Positions 7,927-15,599 of a stretch of DNA of 17,698 bases are shown here, piece by piece. The notes below the pieces were generated by a model. It saw nothing but the letters and a program-made list of their open reading frames with translations. It searched no databases and was not told the origin of the DNA. A program made the position numbers and the translations under genes. Positions within the stretch are counted from its first letter, which is position 1. Each line of letters begins with the position of its first letter. The stretch is taken from positions 1 to 17,698 of the forward strand of contig CAYZSS010000013.1 of NCBI GenBank assembly GCA_964480435.1. The letters are read 5' to 3'. The stretch is from an uncultured archaeon. Its GTDB lineage: Archaea; Iainarchaeota; Iainarchaeia; Iainarchaeales; 0-14-0-20-30-16.

Positions 7927-8154
7927 TTAGGGAGTTATCATTATCAAAGAGTCTCCTCTTAGCATAGTCTTCCCATATTTAATTTTTACACTGTTGTCTT
8001 CTTCTAGTTGTTCAGCATCATCTAATACAACATTCATGTGTATATCAAAGGCAAGTAATTTTCCTCTTATTTTCACATTTCCTTTCATTAAAACTAATAC
8101 GGATTTTCCTATCCATGAGTTTAAATGATCAAAAGGTCTACTTTCAGTAGTCAT
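7927..8154 (-). CDS. Sm-like archaeal protein (SmAP / LSm)
   Basis: 75-aa ORF. The Sm1 motif is VLVLMKGNVKIRGKLLAFDIHMNVVLDDAEQL and the Sm2 motif is MLRGDSLIMI. A GGGGG Shine-Dalgarno-like run lies 9 nt upstream of the ATG, and a 15-nt gap separates it from the MinD gene. Confidence 0.9.
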   Translation of the reverse strand: MTTESRPFDHLNSWIGKSVLVLMKGNVKIRGKLLAFDIHMNVVLDDAEQLEEDNSVKIKYGKTMLRGDSLIMITP

Positions 8155-8169
8155 AATTATTCCCCCAAT

Positions 8170-8952
8170 TTATTTTTTGTTCTTAGAAAAAATTCTTTTA
8201 ATCCAAGCAAAGAACCCACCTGATTCGTTCTTGAATTCTATTTGAATCCCTAATATTTTTCCTGCAACAGCAAGTACTGCTTTTGATGCCATTGCATTTG
8301 GATTACGTATAATTACTGGTTGTATTTTTTTATAGTAAAATGTTTTTCTTACTTCTTCATCATATGGTATTACCCCATACAAAGGTAATTCAAGCATGCT
8401 AATAATATCTTTTTCAGGTATTTCTCCTTTTAATCCAGCATACATATTAATTATAACTCCAACCGGTTTTGCATTTATTCTTTGTGCAGATATTTTTGTT
8501 TTTAGGGCATCTGCAATAGATAAAGAATGTGGATTCACAACCAAAAATACTTCTGTTGATGATGCCATAGCAGCAAGAGTGTCTTCCCCAATTCCAGCAG
8601 GACAATCCAATAATACAAAATCATATTTTGGAGCCACTTGTTTAATTATATTAGGCAACTTTGTTAAATCTAATCTTTGGGTATCTTGCAATCCTAAAGA
8701 AGCAGGCATAATATTTATTTTTTCAGGACCATCATAAACAACATCCCAAACTCCAGCATCCCCTTTAAGTACATCATTCAAAGTTATTGGACTTGTTTCC
8801 ATTCCGAGTATTAAGCTTAAATTCGCCATTGCCAGATCAGTATCAACTAATAACACTTTTTTTCCTTGTCTTGCCAAAGCAACACCTAAGTTAGCAACCA
8901 CAGTAGTTTTTCCTACTCCTCCTTTTCCTGATGCAAAAGCAATTATTCTCAT
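8170..8952 (-). CDS. minD: MinD/ParA-family ATPase (archaeal MinD-like, SIMIBI class) with a C-terminal amphipathic tail
   Basis: The deviant Walker A is IAFASGKGGVGKTTVVANLG. Further motifs are LLVDTD and a Walker-B-like FVLLDCPAG. The C-terminus, GGFFAWIKRIFSKNKK, resembles a MinD membrane-targeting helix. The track start at 8964 is TTG. ATG 8952 (MRIIAF) follows a GGTGAT Shine-Dalgarno site. Confidence 0.9.
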   Translation of the reverse strand: MRIIAFASGKGGVGKTTVVANLGVALARQGKKVLLVDTDLAMANLSLILGMETSPITLNDVLKGDAGVWDVVYDGPEKINIMPASLGLQDTQRLDLTKLPNIIKQVAPKYDFVLLDCPAGIGEDTLAAMASSTEVFLVVNPHSLSIADALKTKISAQRINAKPVGVIINMYAGLKGEIPEKDIISMLELPLYGVIPYDEEVRKTFYYKKIQPVIIRNPNAMASKAVLAVAGKILGIQIEFKNESGGFFAWIKRIFSKNKK

Positions 8953-8972
8953 ACATATCACCAAAATACTTT

Positions 8973-9443
8973 TTAAATTTTAACAAAAGACATAATTTTT
9001 CTATATTCTTCTAGAAAAATATTTTTACCATAAACTGCAATATCTTTTGATACTGCATTTAACTCAAACTCGCTTAATCTTGCCTCACTCTTTATTAGAT
9101 ACACAAAGTCATCTCTCTCAAACATACTTACCCAGCTTCCCACATTAAAATAAAGAACTTTATCTTTTCTTTTAAACGCTGAAAACATATCGTAAATTTT
9201 GTTTGCTAATTCCAGAATTTCTGGAGAGGATGAATAAAGCAAATTATTAGCTTTAAAAACAACCACGCTATCAATTAAATGTTTTCTTAGTAAAGAGTCC
9301 ACAAATTCATTAAATGTGTTTCTTGATATTTCTGTAACGGAATATTCTTTAGAAACATCTTTCAGATAATTTATTTGTTCTAATGGCAGGTCAGTGTCAT
9401 CAAGGCCCAATATTTTATATACCAATTTTGAAAATATATTCAT
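8973..9443 (-). CDS. Hypothetical protein (156 aa); possibly a roadblock/LC7-like fold, weakly supported
   Basis: The ORF is tightly packed, with its ATG 1 nt after the upstream stop. The alpha-beta-beta pattern ...FVDSLLRKHLIDSVVVFKANNLLYSSSPE...VLYFNVGSWVSMFERDDFVYLIK is only reminiscent of roadblock/LC7. No diagnostic motif was seen. Confidence 0.55.
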   Translation of the reverse strand: MNIFSKLVYKILGLDDTDLPLEQINYLKDVSKEYSVTEISRNTFNEFVDSLLRKHLIDSVVVFKANNLLYSSSPEILELANKIYDMFSAFKRKDKVLYFNVGSWVSMFERDDFVYLIKSEARLSEFELNAVSKDIAVYGKNIFLEEYRKIMSFVKI

Positions 9444-9444
9444 A

Positions 9445-9933
9445 TTACAACCCTATATTACCTAAACCAATTTCCTTAAGCAGAGCATATTTATCCTTAC
9501 TTAGCTCAGATTTATCTATATATTTCTCTACTAAAGACTCTTTATATTCCTTTATGTAATTATCAAAGATTTTCTGCATATTCGCTGATTTTATCAGGAT
9601 TTTATCATTAAAGGTAATAATTAACTCCATTTGTTCATTTGTTAGTCTAAAAACATCAAAACAGCCAAATTGTGAAGCAAAAGAGTTAAAAAATAGCCTA
9701 ATCCCTTCTTCACCATAAATTATTTTATCAAATGCTAAAAATGCATGAGAGCAACCCATTACAGAACCCTGTTTAAAAAACAAAGTAGAATCTTCAAACC
9801 CATAGTTCATTTTTGTTGTTACTGCAATATAACCACTAAAGTTTTTGGATTGCAGATCAGAGATAACTTTCCTAACATCAACTTTTTTTATGTCAATATT
9901 TTCTGCTACTCTTTCACCAACTGGAATATTCAT
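9445..9933 (-). CDS. Hypothetical protein (162 aa); possible PATAN/DUF4388-like domain, weakly supported
   Basis: VISDLQSKNFSGYIAVTTK...STLFFKQGSVMGCSH....IYGEEGIRLFFNSFASQFGCFDVFRL resembles the PATAN pattern L..L....tG.L.v.....g.iyf..G.vv.A.....G.eAl..ll....G.F.f. I prefer ATG 9933, which has a GTGAT Shine-Dalgarno site 6 nt upstream and lies 7 nt after the NYN stop. The track start at 9984 would overlap the NYN gene by 44 nt. Confidence 0.55.
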   Translation of the reverse strand: MNIPVGERVAENIDIKKVDVRKVISDLQSKNFSGYIAVTTKMNYGFEDSTLFFKQGSVMGCSHAFLAFDKIIYGEEGIRLFFNSFASQFGCFDVFRLTNEQMELIITFNDKILIKSANMQKIFDNYIKEYKESLVEKYIDKSELSKDKYALLKEIGLGNIGL

Positions 9934-9940
9934 AAAAATA

Positions 9941-10399
9941 TCACTTTCTCTCTTTATCAAGCACAATAACATAATCCGCCGCATTCTTTAATGCTGATCC
10001 GGAAGATTCATCCACAAGTATTACTGCAACATCTTTTCCATGTTGTTTCGCTTTTACTATTGCTGGCAAAAAATCTGAATCTCTAGTAACCAAACAAATA
10101 ACATCAATATTTGGATTAAACACTGTCTCAGTAGCTTCAACAGCCATCATCACATCAATATCTGAAACACAAACAGCAACTTCAAATCCCTGATTTATTA
10201 CTGCTTCTACTAATTTCCCTGGTGCAAACTGGTTCAGATACACTTTACCAATTTTCATAACCCCAAGTTTATTTATTATACCTTTTACCTTACCCAGGTC
10301 CAAACTAAACTCTTTCCTAAGCATATTTGGGCCATCAATAAATACGGCTACTTTCTTCTCTTTTTTTGTCTTAAATTTATCCCAAACCCTTTCCAACAT
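9941..10399 (-). CDS. NYN-domain (LabA/DUF88-like) protein, a predicted RNase fold
   Basis: The acidic motifs are in the order expected for a LabA-type NYN domain: VAVFIDGPNM, VSDIDVMMAVEA and LVTRDSDFLPAIVKAKQHGKDV. Confidence 0.8.
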   Translation of the reverse strand: MLERVWDKFKTKKEKKVAVFIDGPNMLRKEFSLDLGKVKGIINKLGVMKIGKVYLNQFAPGKLVEAVINQGFEVAVCVSDIDVMMAVEATETVFNPNIDVICLVTRDSDFLPAIVKAKQHGKDVAVILVDESSGSALKNAADYVIVLDKERK

Positions 10400-10438
10400 A
10401 AAAACACCATATATTAGTTATATAAAATGTAATTTAAA

Positions 10439-13400
10439 CTATTCTACTTTATGACCATAATAACTATCAAATAAAGCTACTTGGTTAGACTCCTCATTTT
10501 TAAACATATATTCCTTTCTCAAAAGAGTATCTATGTTTTCTATTTTTATATTTTTCCATATTATTCCAATCAGCGACCTTAAACTCTCCATACTTATTCT
10601 AGGATCAAGTATATGTTCCTGCTCAACTTCCTGCTCCATTAGGTGTATTTCACCAACCGAAGAAAGTAGTTTTAGTTTAGGGTTCTGTGGAACTTCTATT
10701 GTTTTCAACGCAAAGTATACATTCCTTATTCCTCTTTTTTCTTTTCTTACCAATCCTGCAGAAATAAATCTCTCCATCATATTCTTCAGTTTTACTTCTC
10801 CAAAACTACTTAATTCTTCCAAATAAGCAACATCAAACCCTTTATTCTTTGGCAATTTTAAGATTAACCTTAAATCATCTGCATCAAAGGCTTTTATTTC
10901 TGTTAGCCCTTGGGAATAAACAAAGTCATTGTCTATGTTATGTAGAAACTCTATTTTTACTGGGTCAATATAACATTCATTTGTTACAAAACCGCCGTCA
11001 GGGTTATAGATTTTATAATCCACTTTTAGAATTGGCCTATAAACCGTGCTTACAACAAAATTAGTCCAACCAAGTGTTCTCTTTGCAACACCCTCCACCT
11101 GCTCTTTATCATAGGTCTCTTCTAAAACAGCGTACTTAACTTTTTCTCTATATTCTTCCTGCTCTTCTTCTTTTTCAATTGATAAAATATCATCTTCTAA
11201 TTTTGCTCCACTATCCACCAAGGAGCCCAAAAACTTTTCAAACCCAACTGTTGATTTGTATTTCATATTTAGAATTTTTAGTAAAGTTTCCAAAGAATGC
11301 ATATCCAAAGACCCATACCTATCCAGTTTGCCCATTCCGATTTCTGCCATTATTTTCAGCAGGTCTTTTTCTTTGTATTCATATTTTATTTCTGCTGTCT
11401 GGGTTTCTCTTCCCTCGTGTTGTGACATTCTAGGTCTTACTTTTATAACAAATGCTCTGGAAGTTGTTTCAACTCTATCCGCAACCAGAGGAACACCAAT
11501 CTCAAGCCTTTTTATGAATTCTGGTTTCCTAAATTCAGCGGGCACTATTGTTGGGATTCTTCTATACACTGCTTTAATATCATCATCAAAAACTAATTTA
11601 TAAGAAATTAAAGTTCCTACCTGTGACAAAACCCTGGTATCAATTGCCGATGGTTGCTGAGTTGCAAACACCAATGAACAACCTGGCCTTCTTCCTTGTT
11701 TTACATATTCTATTATTGCTTTTGATGCTGGAGTTTCCAAAGACCCAGACGGAATTAAGGTGTGGGCTTCATCAATAAATAACCAAGTTGGAGGAATATC
11801 CATTTCTAAAGTATCTAGTGCTTCACCACCATTACTAAATTTCTTTACTGCTTGCTTTCTAGTTGCAATCTTTCTTGCAGATAAAATTCTTCTGGCAATA
11901 ACACCAACCAACAAAGCAGCAACAGTTTCATCCAAAAAACTAACATCAATTACTGTTAATTGACCTGGCACTGAAATCTCAATTAAGGGAGTTCCCTGCT
12001 TTGCAAAAATACCCCATGATTTCCCTGCTTCAAATCTTGAAATTAATGCTCTCATAGAATCTTTTTTGTAACCTTTTTCTTTTGAGTTTAATTCAGCATC
12101 ATCCCTCAAACAGTTAGTAATATCATCAATTTCATAATTCCCATTTTTTCCTTTTACTATTAATCCAGCTAAAGACCTATATCCATCTCTTACTTTTATT
12201 AAAACTTTTTCTAATAGTAAGCCTAAAGGACTAAATCTATCAATCCCAAAGGTTAATGCCCAATCTTCCGCAGTCAGGAAAGATGGCTGGATTGTAAAAA
12301 CAGCATCATAAGTTTCTTTAGGGGTCTTTGATTTTGCCCCTTCAGGGATAAATACCATTACATTATCCAATCCTTTTGGATCTAATCCCCATTCTCTTAA
12401 TTGTTTTATTTCGCTCTCTTGCCTGTTTGGATATTTCATACTCCAAAATACACCCACAGGGTCAATAACAACCATTCCTACATTTGGATTCTTCATTGCT
12501 AATTCTTCTGCAACAACACCCAAAACATAGGAGTTATGCACAAAAACACTGTTAGCAATAAAATTATGATACTTAGGGATAGTAATATCGTAAACTTTTG
12601 TTTTTCCCTTTATTTCTTTTATGCTTACTATCTCATCCCAAAAAATATCTGAATTAGCCAAAGTAGTTAGTTCTTTATTTTTTAACAAAGCCCCAATTTT
12701 TTGCAATTTATCTCTACCAATATCATAACATTTGCAACTAATTATTGATTTAGGACTTTTGTAGCCATAATCTCTTCCGAGCTTTGCCCAATTCTCTACT
12801 TTTATTTTTTTAAATATTTCTTTAGGGATAGTATCGATATTAGTATTATACTTTATTTTTTCAAGTTCTTTCTTAGCAATTTTTGAGACCTTTTCTTTTC
12901 TTCCATAAAATCCAATTCTATCTATAAAGTCTGCAACAAATCTTCCAGCAATAACAATTTCAAAACTCCTAACATACTTTCCTAAATATTTTACTTTCTT
13001 TTCTCTTATTCTATTCACAATTCCAAATCTTAACAAAAGATGATGAACTTGTTTGATTAAGTCTTCAGAAGAAGAGCTATAAGATAATTGCCAACAGTTA
13101 TTGTAAAATATAGATCCATCACAACTAAACAGCCTATTCAAAAACAAAGCAAGTTTTTCCTTTCTTAATGTAAAAATCTCTTTAGGAATAAATCTTTCCG
13201 GGGACTTTTTCCCGTACAGTTCAACGGATTCCAAGTACTGCACAAGAGAGTTTTTTAGCATTTTTATTTTTGATTCATTAGTAAACATCCCTTTTGAATT
13301 TCTTTTTAGTCCAGAGCAGTCAGTTTTTTTCTTTTTTTGTGCTACTCTAAAACACCCAGCTCTTGAATGGATTTCCACTCTTAAGTTGCTATCAAAATCA

Positions 13401-14419
13401 TTTACTGCTTTCTTAAATTCATCAGAAATTACTTTATCTTCGTTAGAAAATAACACAAAAGAATTACCCATATGCCCTTCTGCAATCAAATATGCCAAAA
13501 GCTTTACTTTATGGTCTTCTAAATTACTTTTCCCAAAAGCAGGGATTTCTCTGGGCGTTGCGATCTTAGTACCTTTCTTTATTTTTTCTGCAGGTTCCCA
13601 ACCATTAATTGTGTACAGAGGATGCTCAGGAGTCAATTTTATTGTTTTTCCTGAATTTAATTTTAGTTCTAATATCTTCTTTACTTCTCTTTCATAAAAG
13701 TTCTTTTTCTTGATTTTTTTAATCTTTAAATTATCATCCATTGCTAATAGTTCTTCATCTTTCTTCAAATCTTTTATTTGCTTTATTTCTCCATTTGCAA
13801 GAATTATCTCTGTTTCCCCTACAAGGCACTTTCCTGATCCTCTGGACCCACATACAAACATTACCTGAGGGTCTAAAGAATCAAAGTAAATTTCTTTTGC
13901 TTCTTCACCATCTTCGTAAACTTTTCCTAAATACAAAGCAGCTTCTTCACCGTATTTTTCAAAAACAGATCTCTTTCTTCCAACCATTGCATGGCCAGTT
14001 AAAGGATTTTCTAAAAAAGTTAAAGGCACATTGCACTTGTTAATTATTTTTGTTACATTATCTTTAATTAGTTCAGCATCAGGAATTCCAAATACAGGTT
14101 CATCACGAGTAGAGTTAGATTCTTCAAGTCCCTCTTCTAAGCTATCTTCACTTTTGGATTCTGTTGTTATTGCATCCTCACTATCAGTATTTTCTTCTAT
14201 TTTCTTTCTTGATGCTCTTTTCTTCTTTGGTTTTATCTCAGTCATAGGCTCTTGATCCTGTGACTCTTGATTAGATTCTTCGGGTATTTCTTTTGTTTCT
14301 GCTACGGGTGTTTCTTCCGGTTCTGCTTTTTCCACAAGATTATTTGAATATACGGTTGTCTTTCCTTCTTTTTTCTCTGGATTCCCAGCCATATCATCAA
14401 ATATATCAAACATTCCCAT
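10439..14419 (-). CDS. Giant HerA/FtsK-superfamily ATPase (paralog 2), 1326 aa: acidic disordered N-terminus, intein-interrupted ATPase core, 316-aa C-terminal extension with a wHTH-like motif
   Basis: The spliced Walker A reads VCGSRGSGK|SYVLG. Walker B is WLFIDEAHTLIP. The sensor motif is LVFATQQPSAI and a further motif is IKVRPRMSQHEG. The core is collinear with paralog 1, for example VGR..KYG...LGKV...D..P.V...CG.RGSGKSY. The C-terminal region carries MERFISAGLVRKEKRGIRNVYFAL. Confidence 0.85.
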   Translation of the reverse strand: MGMFDIFDDMAGNPEKKEGKTTVYSNNLVEKAEPEETPVAETKEIPEESNQESQDQEPMTEIKPKKKRASRKKIEENTDSEDAITTESKSEDSLEEGLEESNSTRDEPVFGIPDAELIKDNVTKIINKCNVPLTFLENPLTGHAMVGRKRSVFEKYGEEAALYLGKVYEDGEEAKEIYFDSLDPQVMFVCGSRGSGKCLVGETEIILANGEIKQIKDLKKDEELLAMDDNLKIKKIKKKNFYEREVKKILELKLNSGKTIKLTPEHPLYTINGWEPAEKIKKGTKIATPREIPAFGKSNLEDHKVKLLAYLIAEGHMGNSFVLFSNEDKVISDEFKKAVNDFDSNLRVEIHSRAGCFRVAQKKKKTDCSGLKRNSKGMFTNESKIKMLKNSLVQYLESVELYGKKSPERFIPKEIFTLRKEKLALFLNRLFSCDGSIFYNNCWQLSYSSSSEDLIKQVHHLLLRFGIVNRIREKKVKYLGKYVRSFEIVIAGRFVADFIDRIGFYGRKEKVSKIAKKELEKIKYNTNIDTIPKEIFKKIKVENWAKLGRDYGYKSPKSIISCKCYDIGRDKLQKIGALLKNKELTTLANSDIFWDEIVSIKEIKGKTKVYDITIPKYHNFIANSVFVHNSYVLGVVAEELAMKNPNVGMVVIDPVGVFWSMKYPNRQESEIKQLREWGLDPKGLDNVMVFIPEGAKSKTPKETYDAVFTIQPSFLTAEDWALTFGIDRFSPLGLLLEKVLIKVRDGYRSLAGLIVKGKNGNYEIDDITNCLRDDAELNSKEKGYKKDSMRALISRFEAGKSWGIFAKQGTPLIEISVPGQLTVIDVSFLDETVAALLVGVIARRILSARKIATRKQAVKKFSNGGEALDTLEMDIPPTWLFIDEAHTLIPSGSLETPASKAIIEYVKQGRRPGCSLVFATQQPSAIDTRVLSQVGTLISYKLVFDDDIKAVYRRIPTIVPAEFRKPEFIKRLEIGVPLVADRVETTSRAFVIKVRPRMSQHEGRETQTAEIKYEYKEKDLLKIMAEIGMGKLDRYGSLDMHSLETLLKILNMKYKSTVGFEKFLGSLVDSGAKLEDDILSIEKEEEQEEYREKVKYAVLEETYDKEQVEGVAKRTLGWTNFVVSTVYRPILKVDYKIYNPDGGFVTNECYIDPVKIEFLHNIDNDFVYSQGLTEIKAFDADDLRLILKLPKNKGFDVAYLEELSSFGEVKLKNMMERFISAGLVRKEKRGIRNVYFALKTIEVPQNPKLKLLSSVGEIHLMEQEVEQEHILDPRISMESLRSLIGIIWKNIKIENIDTLLRKEYMFKNEESNQVALFDSYYGHKVE
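12533..13828 (-). mobile_element. Intein (432 aa) with LAGLIDADG homing-endonuclease domain, inserted in the Walker-A loop of HerA paralog 2 between GSGK and S
   Basis: Block A is CLVGETEIIL, with Cys1 at codon 13828-13826. Block B is LTPEHPLY. The LAGLIDADG motifs are LLAYLIAEGHM and FLNRLFSCDGSI. Blocks F/G are VYDITIPKYHNFIANSVFVHN, followed by +1 Ser. The terminal Asn is codon 12535-12533. I checked both junction codons against the sequence. Confidence 0.88.
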
Positions 14420-14463
14420 TTTTTACACCCTATTGGTTAATTAGAATAATATTTAGTTTCGTT

Positions 14464-14471
14464 ATATAAAA
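14464..14471 (-). promoter_or_regulatory. TATA box (TTTATATA on the minus strand) upstream of the HerA-paralog-2 operon
   Basis: The plus-strand tatataaa at 14464-14471 is TTTATATA on the minus strand, about 45 nt upstream of ATG 14419. GGGTG lies about 6-10 nt upstream of the ATG as a Shine-Dalgarno site. Confidence 0.4.
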
Positions 14472-14514
14472 GGAAAAAAGATATATAAATATAGGGTATA
14501 TTTAGGAAATTATT

Positions 14515-15537
14515 CTAGGCATATTTTGCCTTTCCAGTATTAACAATCAATATTTTCTTATCCTTAGGGATTTTATCTTTCATTTGTAACAGCAAAGCCA
14601 AACCAGAAATTCCAGATGGTTCAAAATTAATTTTCTGTGCTGCTGCAATTTCCATTGCTTTATCCAAGAATTCTTCTTTTAAAATATAAACACTAGATGC
14701 TTGCCCACAAAATCCAGCATAACGATAAAATCTCATCCATTGTTCATCATAGTGTACAAAAGGCAAATGTGGAGAATACAATTTTTCCGCCTTTGATCTT
14801 GGATTATTAGTAGTAACTCCAAAGAAATTACATTTTCTTATTTTTTCTATATCTCCCTTAAATCTTTTATCCTGTTTTTTTGAAGATATTTCTTTTCTAA
14901 CAATATTCAAAATATTTTCATAAAGTTGTCCAGTCCCAAAAGGAACAAAACAATAGTCTGGGCTGGAATTAATTATTTCATAGCTAAGCCAGTCATAAAA
15001 CCGCATTGTTGGATCCAAAGCAATGTTAGAAGTAATATCAAACCCATCTAAATTATGTGTTAAGATTAGTATCTCTTTACTGCCAAATGGTTTTTCACTT
15101 AAATCTGTTTTGTATATTTCACAGCCAATTTTTTCTAGTTTTTCTATTATACTCTTGTTAAGATATTCATCAACCAAAACTTTTAGAGATGGCAATCCAT
15201 ATTTAGCTAACACAGTTTGTATTGCAAATGCTGCAGACCCAGATGAGATTATAGACATTTGGGGTAATTTTGACTTTACTAACCCTTTCTTTTTTGACAT
15301 CAAAAAGTCTCGATAATTTACAATTATTTCCCAAGCCATCCTGTCCTTATGTGTTCCCGTTGGATTATAGCTTTCATCTTTTAACCAAACATTTGTGAAT
15401 CCAGGTACCTTTATTTTATAAGTAGGAGTAGCAGGAAATTTTGGGTTTTCAGGAGGAAATTCTGGTTTGTTAGGGTTATTTTCAGACGGTACAACAATTG
15501 ATTTTAATATTTTTTCTTCTTTCTTTGATAATCCCAT
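14515..15537 (-). CDS. Fold-type-II PLP-dependent enzyme (Trp-synthase-beta / threonine-synthase-like superfamily), divergent
   Basis: LKDESYNPTGTHKDRMA matches the PLP-lysine motif K.E..NPTGSFKDRGA. SSGSAAFAIQ resembles the AS.GN.g loop, and VPFGTGQLYENI resembles the glycine-rich phosphate loop. It has its own AGGTG Shine-Dalgarno site and an upstream TATA-like tttttatatat. Confidence 0.72.
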   Translation of the reverse strand: MGLSKKEEKILKSIVVPSENNPNKPEFPPENPKFPATPTYKIKVPGFTNVWLKDESYNPTGTHKDRMAWEIIVNYRDFLMSKKKGLVKSKLPQMSIISSGSAAFAIQTVLAKYGLPSLKVLVDEYLNKSIIEKLEKIGCEIYKTDLSEKPFGSKEILILTHNLDGFDITSNIALDPTMRFYDWLSYEIINSSPDYCFVPFGTGQLYENILNIVRKEISSKKQDKRFKGDIEKIRKCNFFGVTTNNPRSKAEKLYSPHLPFVHYDEQWMRFYRYAGFCGQASSVYILKEEFLDKAMEIAAAQKINFEPSGISGLALLLQMKDKIPKDKKILIVNTGKAKYA

Positions 15538-15599
15538 CTAAACACCTTTTTTATTATATAATAAATAAGGTAAAATATATAAAAACAGTTTATAACAGC

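Noticed and set aside
8396-8737. 113-aa plus-strand ORF inside the MinD gene
   Set aside because: It is antisense to a strongly supported MinD frame. Its composition is low-complexity (F/I/S-rich), as expected for a shadow ORF.
10533-14255. Multiple plus-strand ORFs (10533-10826, 10849-11064, 11179-11603, 11760-11963, 13386-13697, 13741-14043, 14031-14255)
   Set aside because: All are antisense to the continuous 1326-aa HerA/intein frame. None has a recognisable motif or Shine-Dalgarno site. Such open antisense frames are expected opposite Lys/Glu-rich coding sequence.
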